The notes under the pieces are model-generated. The model ran no database searches and was not told the origin of the DNA. It saw only the letters and a list, made by a program, of their open reading frames with translations. The translations under genes and the position numbers were made by a program. From contig CAVQRM010000002.1 of the NCBI GenBank assembly GCA_963715245.1, forward strand, positions 219,692 through 283,691: DNA of 64,000 nucleotides, given 5' to 3'. The first letter of the stretch is position 1; each line of letters starts with the position of its first letter. The stretch is from an uncultured Chloroflexia bacterium. GTDB taxonomy: Bacteria > Chloroflexota > Limnocylindria > Limnocylindrales > CSP1-4. Positions 8,407 to 17,129 of this stretch are shown piece by piece.

Positions 8407-8455
8407 GCAATCGCACCGGCGGCCGAGTGGCCGCCCCTTGGGAAGGAGACAACCG

Positions 8456-9913
8456 ATGCCCGCACCCGAGTCCGGCCGCAGGCTGGCGCTCACCACGTTC
8501 GCGATCACCTCGATCGCCCTGTTCATGGTCTCGCTCGACAACCTCGTCGTGACCACGGCGCTCCCGGTCATCAAGGAGAGCCTCAACGCGTCCCTGTCCC
8601 AGCTCGAGTGGACGGTCAACGCGTACACGCTCACCTTCGCCGTCCTGCTGCTCACCGGCGCCGCGCTTGGCGATCGGTTCGGCCGCCGGCGCATGTTCAC
8701 GATCGGCGTCGCCATCTTCACCGCCGCCTCGGTGGCCGCGGCCCTTGCCCCGACCGGCGACCTGCTCGTCCTCGCCCGGGCCCTCCAGGGGATCGGCGCG
8801 GCGATCGTCACCCCGCTCAGCCTCACGATCCTCTCCGACGCGGTGCCCGCCGAGCGGCGTGGGGTCGCGCTCGGCGCCTGGGGCGCCATCGCCGGTCTCG
8901 CGATCGCGCTCGGGCCGCTCGTCGGCGGGGCGATCGTCGAGGGCCTCAACTGGCAGTCGATCTTCTGGGTGAACGTCCCGATCGGCATCGTGCTGGTGCC
9001 GCTGGCCGCGATCCTCCTCCGCGAGTCGCATGGACCTGACGCGGCCCTCGACCTGCCGGGCCTGGGCTTCGCCTCCACCGGCCTGTTCGCCCTCGTCTGG
9101 GCGCTCATCCACGGCAACGAGGAGGGCTGGACGAGCGTCGGCATCCTCGTCGCATTCGCGGCCGCGGCCGCCCTGCTCGTGGCCTTCGTCGTGTGGGAGG
9201 CGCGTACCGCCAACCCGATGCTCCCGCTCCGCTTCTTCCGCAACCGGTCGTTCTCGGCGGCCAACGGCGTCAGCCTGCTGATGTCGTTCGGGCTGTTCGG
9301 CTCGATCTTCCTCCTCGCCCAGTTCTTCCAGGTCGCCCAGGGCTACTCGCCGCTCGAGGCGGGGCTGCGGACGCTCCCCTGGACGATGATGCCGATCATC
9401 GTCGCCCCGATCGCCGGCGTCCTGTCCGATCGCATCGGCGGCCGGCCGCTGCTGTTCACCGGCATGGTGCTGATGTCGGTGGGGCTGACCTGGATCGCGA
9501 CGATCGCGACCCCGACGGTCGAGTACCTCGCGCTGGTCCCGGCGTTCGTGCTCGCCGGCATCGGGATGTCGCTGTTCTTCGCGCCCACGGCCAACCTCGT
9601 GCTGTCGGCCGTGCGGCCGGATGAGGAAGGCCGCGCGTCGGGTGCAAACAACACGATCCGCGAGATCGGCGGCGTGTTCGGCGTCGCGGTCCTCGCCTCG
9701 GTGTTCTCGGCCAACGGCGGGTACACCAGCCCCCAGGCGTTCGTGGACGGCATGGTCCCGGCCCTCTGGGTCGGAGCGGCGGTCCTCGCGGTGGCCGCGG
9801 TCGTCGCCGTCGCGATCCCCGGCAAGCGCCGGCTCGTCCCGGAGCTCCACCTGTCCGAGCTGAGCGGGGGCCGACTGGCACCCGCCCAGGTCGCCGTCCG
9901 CGCGGACGACTGA
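8456..9913 (+). CDS. MFS transporter, DHA2 (EmrB/QacA-like, 14-TMS) drug:H+ antiporter family
   Basis: ATG 8456 follows GGAAGGAGA. LDNLVVTTALPVIKESLNAS...WTVNAYTLTFAVLLLTGAALGDRFGRRRMF is the typical DHA2 N-terminus. The protein has many hydrophobic helices. Confidence 0.85.
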   Translation: MPAPESGRRLALTTFAITSIALFMVSLDNLVVTTALPVIKESLNASLSQLEWTVNAYTLTFAVLLLTGAALGDRFGRRRMFTIGVAIFTAASVAAALAPTGDLLVLARALQGIGAAIVTPLSLTILSDAVPAERRGVALGAWGAIAGLAIALGPLVGGAIVEGLNWQSIFWVNVPIGIVLVPLAAILLRESHGPDAALDLPGLGFASTGLFALVWALIHGNEEGWTSVGILVAFAAAAALLVAFVVWEARTANPMLPLRFFRNRSFSAANGVSLLMSFGLFGSIFLLAQFFQVAQGYSPLEAGLRTLPWTMMPIIVAPIAGVLSDRIGGRPLLFTGMVLMSVGLTWIATIATPTVEYLALVPAFVLAGIGMSLFFAPTANLVLSAVRPDEEGRASGANNTIREIGGVFGVAVLASVFSANGGYTSPQAFVDGMVPALWVGAAVLAVAAVVAVAIPGKRRLVPELHLSELSGGRLAPAQVAVRADD

Positions 9914-9948
9914 CCCACGCGCCTCACGGGGCGCACACCACGTGAGCC

Positions 9949-9999
9949 AGCACCGGCGGCGGCCGGCCCGAGCGATTGGCCGGATTCGCCGCCGGTGCT
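9949..9999 (+). terminator. Long GC-rich hairpin downstream of the MFS gene
   Basis: AGCACCGGCGGC (9949-9960) pairs with GCCGCCGGTGCT (9988-9999), with an inner CCGGCC/GGCCGG helix. Confidence 0.4.
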
Positions 10000-10033
10000 A
10001 GGATTCCGCTCCCGAACGGTGGTTCGGTCCTGT

Positions 10034-10405
10034 GGGGATGCGTGGTTTCGACAGGGCTTGGCTGCCTGGGAGCGCGAGCCGAGGTGCCGTCAGGCCTCGT
10101 AAAACAGGCGGCAAAACGAAGTAACTGCCAACAAGCAGCCTGCTCTCGCCCTCGCCGCTTAGGCGGTAAGGTGAGCATGGAAGCGGCCTCCCCGTCGCGG
10201 GCCGTGGAAGTGTCACTCAGCGACGGTGCAACCCGGCAGAGGTCACGTACGCCGGAGCCAAGCCCGATCTAGGGACACGTGAATGGGCCGGACGGAAGCC
10301 TGCCGATGGGCGGCCGACCGGCTGACGAAAACCATCGGACACGCTCGTAGTGGTTCCAGGCGAAGGGTTCTGGACGGGGAGTTCGACCCTCCCCCATCTC
10401 CACCA
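10034..10405 (+). ncRNA. ssrA: tmRNA (SsrA)
   Basis: 5' end GGGGATGCGTGGTTTCGACAGGG; 3' end GGACGGGGAGTTCGACCCTCCCCCATCTCCACCA. The acceptor stem has a G3:U pair. The internal tag frame GCC AAC AAG CAG CCT GCT CTC GCC CTC GCC GCT TAG (10127-10162) encodes ANKQPALALAA*; the resume codon is inferred. Confidence 0.95.
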
Positions 10406-10420
10406 ACACGCGAACGAAGC

Positions 10421-10446
10421 AAGGCCCGCCGATCCCGGCGGGCCTT
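10421..10446 (+). terminator. tmRNA terminator hairpin
   Basis: AAGGCCCGCCG-ATCC-CGGCGGGCCTT, an 11-bp perfect stem 16 nt after the CCA end. Confidence 0.55.
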
Positions 10447-10521
10447 CGTGCGCTCCAGGCGCCGCTGACGCGGCTCGTCGTCGCCTTGCGGTTCGACCGC
10501 TGACCCTCGCCCGGTCGGATA

Positions 10522-10812
10522 TCAGTCGAGGCCGATGAACAGCGCCAGGATCAGCAGGAGCGCCGCTCCGACCGTCGCCCACCCGCGGATGAGCGTCGAC
10601 CGTGCATGCATCTCTCGAAGCGCGGCGAACCCCGTGACCACGATCGCCGCGCCCAGCAGGACAAGCCCGACGTCCAGCACGAGCCACAGCATCCCCGCGT
10701 CCCGGGCCGCGACGGTCCCTGCGAACAGGCCCACTCCCGCCAGGCCGAACAGGACGCCCGAGGCGATCCGCGCAAGCGGCTGGAGCATCGACGCGTGCTT
10801 CATGCCGGCCAT
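10522..10812 (-). CDS. Small hypothetical membrane protein (about 96 aa, 3 predicted TM helices)
   Basis: ATG 10812 follows GGAGG. MAGMKHASMLQPLARIASGVLFGLAGVGLFAG... is hydrophobic throughout. I recognise no family. Confidence 0.5.
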   Translation of the reverse strand: MAGMKHASMLQPLARIASGVLFGLAGVGLFAGTVAARDAGMLWLVLDVGLVLLGAAIVVTGFAALREMHARSTLIRGWATVGAALLLILALFIGLD

Positions 10813-10920
10813 CCGACGACCTCCGACCTCATCGGCGCCGGGGCGGATGGGACGTGGGCCCCGGGGCCAGGTGCACAGGGTCGTCCCGCGCGGCGGAACC
10901 GTCAAGGGGTCCCGCCCGCG

Positions 10921-11514
10921 CTACCGGCCCGCGTCGAGGGGCTCGGTGTCGTCGGGGCCCATCGCGACGGCGGTGCGCTGCCACACGGCGTGCTGGGCGA
11001 CGACACCCTCCTCGTCGACGATCAGCTCGCCCTCGTATGTCCCGCTCGCATAGCGGTACGTGAACTCGTCCACGCGGGTGTAGGTCTGGGGCGTCTTCGC
11101 CACGGCGAGCGAGGGGAACTGCACCCAGGCGGCCTGGATCGTCTTCGACGCACCGACGCCGAGCCGCAGCCGGCGGACCGGCAGCGAGTTCGTCGAGGGA
11201 CTGCAGCCGAGGTCGACGTCGGCGCAGCCCTTGAGCGCCTTCTGGGGGACCCCGTCGACGGTCCAGCTGCCTTTCGAATCACGGGCGAGGGTCAGGGTGC
11301 GCTGCCCGAAGCCCCGGAGATCCCGCACGTGGACCGCGGTTGTGTTCCCGGCGCCGTCCGCCAGCACACGGTACTCGACCCGGACGGGGATGCCCTCCTC
11401 CGCCCCGAGCACCGTCCCCACGAGCGAGATCCCGCTGTCGCGGACGGTGATCGTGCAGTGCTCGTCCGCCTGGACCTCGTCGCTGCGTCGCCAGGCGACG
11501 CGTCGGGTTGTCAC
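10921..11514 (-). CDS. Putative glycolipid-binding domain protein (PF06475-like)
   Basis: GTG 11514 follows GGAGGAG. CADVDLGCSPSTNSLPVRRLRLGVGAS and the flanking beta-rich sequence match my recollection of that family's DvDl..sP.TNtLPirRL motif. The ORF-track upstream extension is R-rich junk. Confidence 0.6.
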   Translation of the reverse strand: MTTRRVAWRRSDEVQADEHCTITVRDSGISLVGTVLGAEEGIPVRVEYRVLADGAGNTTAVHVRDLRGFGQRTLTLARDSKGSWTVDGVPQKALKGCADVDLGCSPSTNSLPVRRLRLGVGASKTIQAAWVQFPSLAVAKTPQTYTRVDEFTYRYASGTYEGELIVDEEGVVAQHAVWQRTAVAMGPDDTEPLDAGR

Positions 11515-11554
11515 GGGCTCCTCCTGTGCAGGCCGTTCGCGGCGTGGCCGGCGA

Positions 11555-12139
11555 TCATCCGACCCCGACCGGGTCGCCACGGCGTCCGTGCCAGTCTGCC
11601 GCAAGCAGCCCGTAGAGGTGCTCGTCGGCCCACGTGTCGCCGTCGCGATAGCTCGCGCGCAGCGTGCCCTCGCGCCGGAGGCCAAGCCGTTCCAGCAGCC
11701 GCCATGACGCCTCGTTTCGGGCGTCGCAGTCCGCGCACACCTTGTGCTTGCGTCGATCCTCGAACAGGTATCGGACCACCTCGCCGACCGCCTCGGTCGC
11801 ATACCCGCGGCCGCGCACCGTCGGATCGAGCGTGAAGCCGATGTCCACGATCGACGGCTCGTCGGCACGCGGCCGGATGCCGCAGTCGCCGATCAGCCGG
11901 CCCGGGTCCTCGCGTTCCGCGATCGCGACCTGGTACCACTCGCCGGGCTCGTCGGGATGGTGCTCCGAGAGCCAGGCGACGAACGCCTCCGCGCGCTCGA
12001 CGGGGTATGGCGCATCCCAGCCCTGGAAGCGGGCGACCTCGGGCATCGACCGGTAGGCGGCGAGCGTCGACGCATCGGTGGACGTGAACCGGCGGAGGAC
12101 GAGACGCGGTGTCAGCAGGCGGTCGAAGGCGAGGTCCAC
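11555..12139 (-). CDS. GNAT N-acetyltransferase (RimJ/RimL-like)
   Basis: 194-aa ORF: TPRLVLRRFTSTDASTLAAYRSMPEVARF...IGFTLDPTVRGRGYATEAV... Confidence 0.8.
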   Translation of the reverse strand: MDLAFDRLLTPRLVLRRFTSTDASTLAAYRSMPEVARFQGWDAPYPVERAEAFVAWLSEHHPDEPGEWYQVAIAEREDPGRLIGDCGIRPRADEPSIVDIGFTLDPTVRGRGYATEAVGEVVRYLFEDRRKHKVCADCDARNEASWRLLERLGLRREGTLRASYRDGDTWADEHLYGLLAADWHGRRGDPVGVG

Positions 12140-12204
12140 GCTGGCGATGGTATGCCGCCGGCGCCAACCCCCGATAATCGGCTGACCACCAACGAGGAGA
12201 TCAC

Positions 12205-13212
12205 GTGGATCGTCTGCGCGTCGCGCTCATCGGGCCCGGGTTCATCGCCCAGCGCCATCTCGAGGTGCTGGGCTCGGAGCCGGGCGCGGAGCTGGTCGGC
12301 ATCTCGTCGCGCAGCCTCACCAGGGCCGAGACCGCCGCCCGTCGTTTCGGTGGTCGCCCGTATGACGACATCGAGCGCATGCTCGACACCGAGCGCCCGG
12401 ACGCCGTCTGGGTGTGCGTGACGCCCGATGCGCACGGCGCGCTGGAGCTCGGGCTGATCGAGCGCGGGATCCACATGCTCGTCGAGAAGCCGCTCGCGGC
12501 CGACCCGGAGACGCCGGAGCGGATCAGCGCCGCGATCGATTCGGCTGGCCTGATCGTGGGCGTCGCCTACCACTGGCGGGCGATGGACACGATCACCGAG
12601 CTCGCGGACGTCATCGCCGCGCGTCCCGTGAAGCTGCTCAACGGTCACTGGCACGACGAGCTCCCGGGCGTCGCCTGGTGGCGCGACCTCGCGACGAGCG
12701 GCGGCCAGATGGTGGAGCAGGCCACGCATCTCGTGGATCTCAGCCGCCGGCTGTTGGGGGAGGCGACGGTTGTCGCCGCGACCGCGGACCGCCACCCCCA
12801 CCCCGATCACCCGGAGATGGACGTCCCGGACGTGTCCACGGCGATCGTCCGCTACGACGCCGGGCAGGTCGGGACGTTCACCGCGACGTGCATCCTGGGC
12901 GGGACGAGCGCCCAGGAGATCCGCCTGTTCGCGGATGAGCTCGCGATCACGGTCCGGCAGCAGGGAATCCTGTACGAGGACGCCCGCACGAAGGCCGTAA
13001 CCGCGACGGACGGCTTCACCGGCAGTCGCCTGTGGGGCGTGACCGCGTCGCGCTACGTCCCCACCGGCAACGATCCCTTCCGGGACGAGGATCGTGCGTT
13101 CCTCGACGCGATCCGGCACAACGACCGGTCACGCCTCTTCTCCAGCTACGACGATGCCCTGCGCACGCACCGCTTGACGACCTCGATCCGCGCGATGGCC
13201 GAGGGCGCCTGA
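12205..13212 (+). CDS. Gfo/Idh/MocA family NAD(P)-dependent oxidoreductase
   Basis: LRVALIGPGFIAQRHLEVL (Rossmann GxGxxA) and HMLVEKPLA (EKP motif). Confidence 0.85.
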   Translation: MDRLRVALIGPGFIAQRHLEVLGSEPGAELVGISSRSLTRAETAARRFGGRPYDDIERMLDTERPDAVWVCVTPDAHGALELGLIERGIHMLVEKPLAADPETPERISAAIDSAGLIVGVAYHWRAMDTITELADVIAARPVKLLNGHWHDELPGVAWWRDLATSGGQMVEQATHLVDLSRRLLGEATVVAATADRHPHPDHPEMDVPDVSTAIVRYDAGQVGTFTATCILGGTSAQEIRLFADELAITVRQQGILYEDARTKAVTATDGFTGSRLWGVTASRYVPTGNDPFRDEDRAFLDAIRHNDRSRLFSSYDDALRTHRLTTSIRAMAEGA

Positions 13213-13289
13213 CGCATCGGGCCGGACGGGGCCGGACGGGTCCGGCCGGCCCTCGACGCCCGGCTCCGCCAGACCTGCCGCGGCGAGCG

Positions 13290-15638
13290 TCAGGCCGCCT
13301 GCGCGGCGGGTGCCGCCGCGCCGACCCGGTCGTCGCCGAGCGCGAGGTACAGCTCCTCCTCCTGCGCCATGTGCAGCCGCAGGATCGCGTCCAGCCCGTA
13401 GAGCACGCGCCGGAGGTCGGTGAGGTCCTCGGGTCCCGGGCCCTCGTCGGGGACCTCGCCCACGAGGCGGTCCACGAACCGGATGAGGTGGAAGATCTCG
13501 GTGTGCGTGCGGTGGAGGGCCGCGGTCGCGTCGTCGTTGCCCACCGCGCTGGCAAGGAGCGGGAAGACGTCCCGGTCCTCGCGCTCCTCGTGCGGGACGA
13601 GCGTCTCGACGAGGAAGGTGCGCAACTCGACGAGCCCGGCTCTTGCCTCGGGCCCCGGCATGGTGCCGAGGCCGTCCGCGAGCGAGCGGATCCGGGCGAG
13701 CGACGGCGCCAGCGCACGGTGCTCCTCGTGGAGACGTGCGCCGAGCTCGGCCCAGCCAGGGACGACGGGGACCTTCTCCAGGCCGCCGCCGAGCGCACGC
13801 AGGGCGTTGAGGATGACGATGACGTCGATTGCCTCCTGGATCAGCGCGCCCGCGACAGGCGGCAGGACGCCGGTCGTCGCCACGAGCATCGCGACGATCG
13901 ACATCGCCATCCCGGCGACGACGCTCTGCACGGCGATCGAGCGGGACCGTCCGGCGATCCGGATCGCCTCGGGCAGGCGGTCGAGGCGGTCCACGGCGAT
14001 GACGAGGTCCGCAGCCTCGGAGCTTGCCGTCGCGCCACGGGCGCCCATCGCCACACCCACGTCCGCCGTGGCCAGGGCGGGGGCGTCGTTGAGCCCGTCG
14101 CCCACCATGACGAGGATCCCGTGCGCGTCGGCCTTCTCCTCGGCCACGGCATCGACCTTGTCCGCGGGCGTCCGCTCGGCGAGCACGGCGTCGACGCCGA
14201 TCGCCGCGCCGACCATGTCGGCGACCCCGTAGTGGTCGCCGGTGACCATGACGATGCGCCGGACGCCGGCCCGACGGAGCGAGCGGATCACCCGTGGCGT
14301 CTCGGGGCGGATCGGGTCGTCGAGCACCAGCGCCCCCACCAGCTCGCCGTCCGCCGCGACGTAGACGCCCGTCGCCCCCTCGATGTTCACGCGCCGGCGC
14401 ACGTCGCGCACCCAGGCCGGCAGCCCGGCCCCGCCCGTGGCGAAGTCGATCGTTCCCACCTGCACGGCGATGCCGTCCACCGTGCCCGAGATGCCGGCCC
14501 CGGGGACTTCCGCCACATCCACCGGCATCGCCGGCGCGACGTCGCGCTCGCGGGCACCCGCGACGATCGACGCCGCGAGCACATGCGGCGAGAGCTGCTC
14601 CACGGACGCGGCGAGTCGGAGGACCTCCTCGGGCGTCCGCCCCGGGGCCGCCGTGACGTCCGCGAGGTGCGGTCTCCCGGCGGTGAGCGTGCCGGTCTTG
14701 TCGAACAGGAGCACCCGGGCGCGTGCGATCGCCTCGAGCGCCCCTCCGCCCTTGACGATGATCCCGCGCTTCGCCGAGCGGCTGATCCCGGCGACGATCG
14801 CGATCGGGGCCGCGAGGAGCAGGGGACAGGGCGTCGCGACCACGAGCACCGACAGCGCCCGCACCGGGTCACCCGAGACCACCCACGCAGCACCGGCGAT
14901 CCCCAGCGTCAGCGGGACGAACAGCAGCGCGTACCGGTCCGCGAGGCGCACGAACGGCGCCTTGGACCCCTGGGCCTCCTTGACCAGCCTGACGATCCCG
15001 GCGTACGTGCTGTGCTCGGCGGTCGCCGTCGCGAGGAGGTCGAACGGGGCGCCGGCGTTGACGGTGCCGGAGCTCACGGGCTCGCCGGCGGCCTTCGCCG
15101 CGAGGCGCGATTCGCCGGTCAACGCGGATTCGTCGAGCACGGCGGCGACCCCGGACACGGTGCCGTCCACCGGCACGACCTCGCCGGGCTTCACCACGAG
15201 CCGGTCGCCGACGACCACGTCCTCGATCGGGCGGTCCACGATCGTGCCGTCCTCGTGGCGGTGGACGACCCGCGGCGCGCGCGCGATGAGCGCGGAGAGC
15301 TCGCGGTGCGCGCGGCCCTCGGCGTACCGCTCGAGCCAGGCGCCCGTCGCGAGCATCACCGCGATGACAGACGCCGCCAGCGACTCGCCGAGGAGCAGCG
15401 CGCCGCCGATCGCGAGCACCGCGATCACGTCCACGCCCGCCTCGTGACGGAGCAGGTCCCTGACGATCGACGCGGCGAGCCAGAGTCCCACCACCAGGGA
15501 CGGGACCGTCCAGGCCCACCACGCGACCTCGTCCTGACCGGCCCACGCGGCACCGAGGCCGACGACGAGGCCAGTGAGTGTCAGCGGCAGCAACAGCCGT
15601 TCGACGAGCGCGTCGAGGCGCCCGAGCAGTCGGGTCAT
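13290..15638 (-). CDS. P1B-5-type heavy-metal P-type ATPase with C-terminal hemerythrin-like domain
   Basis: ATG 15638 (MTRLLGRLDAL). Contains DKTGTLT, GDGLNDAPAL and the TM motif VVATPCPLL (TPCP, 14823-14834) in place of CPC. There is no N-terminal metal-binding domain. The C-terminal ~140 aa (HEEHRAL...HEEREDRDVFP...HTEIFHL...HMAQEEELY) is hemerythrin-like. Confidence 0.9.
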   Translation of the reverse strand: MTRLLGRLDALVERLLLPLTLTGLVVGLGAAWAGQDEVAWWAWTVPSLVVGLWLAASIVRDLLRHEAGVDVIAVLAIGGALLLGESLAASVIAVMLATGAWLERYAEGRAHRELSALIARAPRVVHRHEDGTIVDRPIEDVVVGDRLVVKPGEVVPVDGTVSGVAAVLDESALTGESRLAAKAAGEPVSSGTVNAGAPFDLLATATAEHSTYAGIVRLVKEAQGSKAPFVRLADRYALLFVPLTLGIAGAAWVVSGDPVRALSVLVVATPCPLLLAAPIAIVAGISRSAKRGIIVKGGGALEAIARARVLLFDKTGTLTAGRPHLADVTAAPGRTPEEVLRLAASVEQLSPHVLAASIVAGARERDVAPAMPVDVAEVPGAGISGTVDGIAVQVGTIDFATGGAGLPAWVRDVRRRVNIEGATGVYVAADGELVGALVLDDPIRPETPRVIRSLRRAGVRRIVMVTGDHYGVADMVGAAIGVDAVLAERTPADKVDAVAEEKADAHGILVMVGDGLNDAPALATADVGVAMGARGATASSEAADLVIAVDRLDRLPEAIRIAGRSRSIAVQSVVAGMAMSIVAMLVATTGVLPPVAGALIQEAIDVIVILNALRALGGGLEKVPVVPGWAELGARLHEEHRALAPSLARIRSLADGLGTMPGPEARAGLVELRTFLVETLVPHEEREDRDVFPLLASAVGNDDATAALHRTHTEIFHLIRFVDRLVGEVPDEGPGPEDLTDLRRVLYGLDAILRLHMAQEEELYLALGDDRVGAAAPAAQAA

Positions 15639-15690
15639 GGCTCGATCGTAGGGCCCTCGCCGCGATCGGCCCCCTGCCGCACGGACCGGT

Positions 15691-16395
15691 TCACGGGTCG
15701 GCAGGGCCTGCCCCGACGGGCCGTCGCTGCGCAGGCCGCGGTGCCAGATCCCGCCCCAGCAGGGCGTCCGCCCACTCGCCGACGCCACGCCAGACGTGCC
15801 GGACCCCGGCCTCCTGGAACCGCGGCAGCGGCGTCGTCCGGCCCACCGCGACGAACGGCGCCCCGGCGGCGCTCGCCATCGCAAGGTCCACGGTCGTGTC
15901 CCCGACATACACCGTCTCGGCCGGGCGCACCCCGAGCTCGTCCAGGGCCTCGAGCAGCGCGTCGGGGTGCGGCTTCGACCGCTCGACGTCGTCCGAATAC
16001 CGGATCACCTCGAACGCGTCCTCGAGATTGAGCCGCGCGAGGTTGGGCTCCACGACGCGGCGCGTCGACGCCGTCACGAGGCCCAGCCGAACCCCGCGGG
16101 CCCGCAACCGCCTGAGCGCCGGTCGAGCCCAGGGGAGCGCACGCGGGCGGGCCGCGGCCATCTCGTCGGCCCACCGTTCGCCGACGGCCTCCCACAGGTG
16201 CTCCGGGATCCCGAGGTCCCGGTAGGACCTCCGCCAGTCCGGCGAGTAGTGCTCGCGGTACCACGCGCGGCTCATCTCGATCCCGATCTCGCGCAGGACG
16301 ACCACGTTCGCCCGGTAGATGAGCGGGATCGTGTCGACGAGCGTGCCGTCCCAGTCGAACAAGGCTGCGGCGGGGAGGGCGCGGCGTTGCGGCAT
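15691..16395 (-). CDS. HAD-superfamily hydrolase (phosphoglycolate phosphatase-like)
   Basis: From ATG 16395: AALFDWDGTLVDT (DxDxT), LGLVTAS, YVGDTTVDLAMA. Confidence 0.8.
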   Translation of the reverse strand: MPQRRALPAAALFDWDGTLVDTIPLIYRANVVVLREIGIEMSRAWYREHYSPDWRRSYRDLGIPEHLWEAVGERWADEMAAARPRALPWARPALRRLRARGVRLGLVTASTRRVVEPNLARLNLEDAFEVIRYSDDVERSKPHPDALLEALDELGVRPAETVYVGDTTVDLAMASAAGAPFVAVGRTTPLPRFQEAGVRHVWRGVGEWADALLGRDLAPRPAQRRPVGAGPADP

Positions 16396-16447
16396 GCGCG
16401 TGATCGTACCCACGGCAGGCGTGGGTCGCGTCCCGCCTCCCGGCACC

Positions 16448-17089
16448 CTACCCGCGGACCCCGAGCGCGATCGCGATCATCCCGAACGCCCCAATGAGCA
16501 CGGCGGATCCGATGTTCAGCCAGCGGACGACCCGAGGGGTGATCCGCGCCCGGAGCCCGGCGATGAGTCCGGTCAGGAGTGCCCACCACGCCAGGGAGCC
16601 GAGGAACACCCCGGCCACGACGGAGACCGCGCCGGACGGACCGCCGGTCCCCGCGCCGATGCTCGCGAACAGCGCCGCGAACGAGAGGATCGTGGCCGGG
16701 TTCGTGAGGGTCAGGGCAACCATCGACACCCATGCGCCGATCGGGCCGTCCAGTCGCCCGCGACCGGCGTCTGCCTCCACGACGCCGCCGGGGCCGGTCG
16801 CGAGCGTGCCGTGCAGGGAGCGGGCGGCGAGGACGAGGAGCACCGCTCCACCGACGACCCCCAGCAGCCGGTCGAACCCGACGAGGAGCTCGGTGACCGC
16901 CGTCAGGCCGAATGCGGCGACCGCGCCGTACAACGCGTCCGCGCTCGCCACCCCCGCACCCGACGCGAAGCCGTATCCCCAGCCGCGATCGATGGTCCGG
17001 CGGATCACGAGCAGCCCGATCGGGCCGAGTGCGACGGCGACCGCAAACCCGATCGCGAGGCCGCGAAGGAACAGATCGGTGGACATCAC
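16448..17089 (-). CDS. LysE/ArgO family amino-acid exporter
   Basis: 213-aa ORF: FLRGLAIGFAVAVALGPIGLLVIRRT... with six hydrophobic helices. Confidence 0.85.
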   Translation of the reverse strand: MMSTDLFLRGLAIGFAVAVALGPIGLLVIRRTIDRGWGYGFASGAGVASADALYGAVAAFGLTAVTELLVGFDRLLGVVGGAVLLVLAARSLHGTLATGPGGVVEADAGRGRLDGPIGAWVSMVALTLTNPATILSFAALFASIGAGTGGPSGAVSVVAGVFLGSLAWWALLTGLIAGLRARITPRVVRWLNIGSAVLIGAFGMIAIALGVRG

Positions 17090-17129
17090 GGAGACGCCGC
17101 GCGGCGCGTGGTGGCGCGGAGGGCCGTGC

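Noticed and set aside
10405-13290. Genomic island integrated at the 3' end of ssrA
   Set aside because: There is no integrase or recombinase gene, and I could not find a direct repeat of the tmRNA 3' end (…TTCGACCCTCCCCCATCTCCACCA) downstream.
13032-16031. Very long ORFs antisense to well-supported genes, for example 13032-16031 (+, 999 aa), 35409-38720 (-, 1103 aa), 2404-4302 (-, 632 aa), 54744-56783 (+, 679 aa) and 8390-9850 (-)
   Set aside because: They are extremely Arg/Pro/Gly/Asp-rich with no recognisable domains. Each lies opposite a gene with clear family signatures. Stop-codon scarcity in high-GC DNA produces such shadow ORFs.
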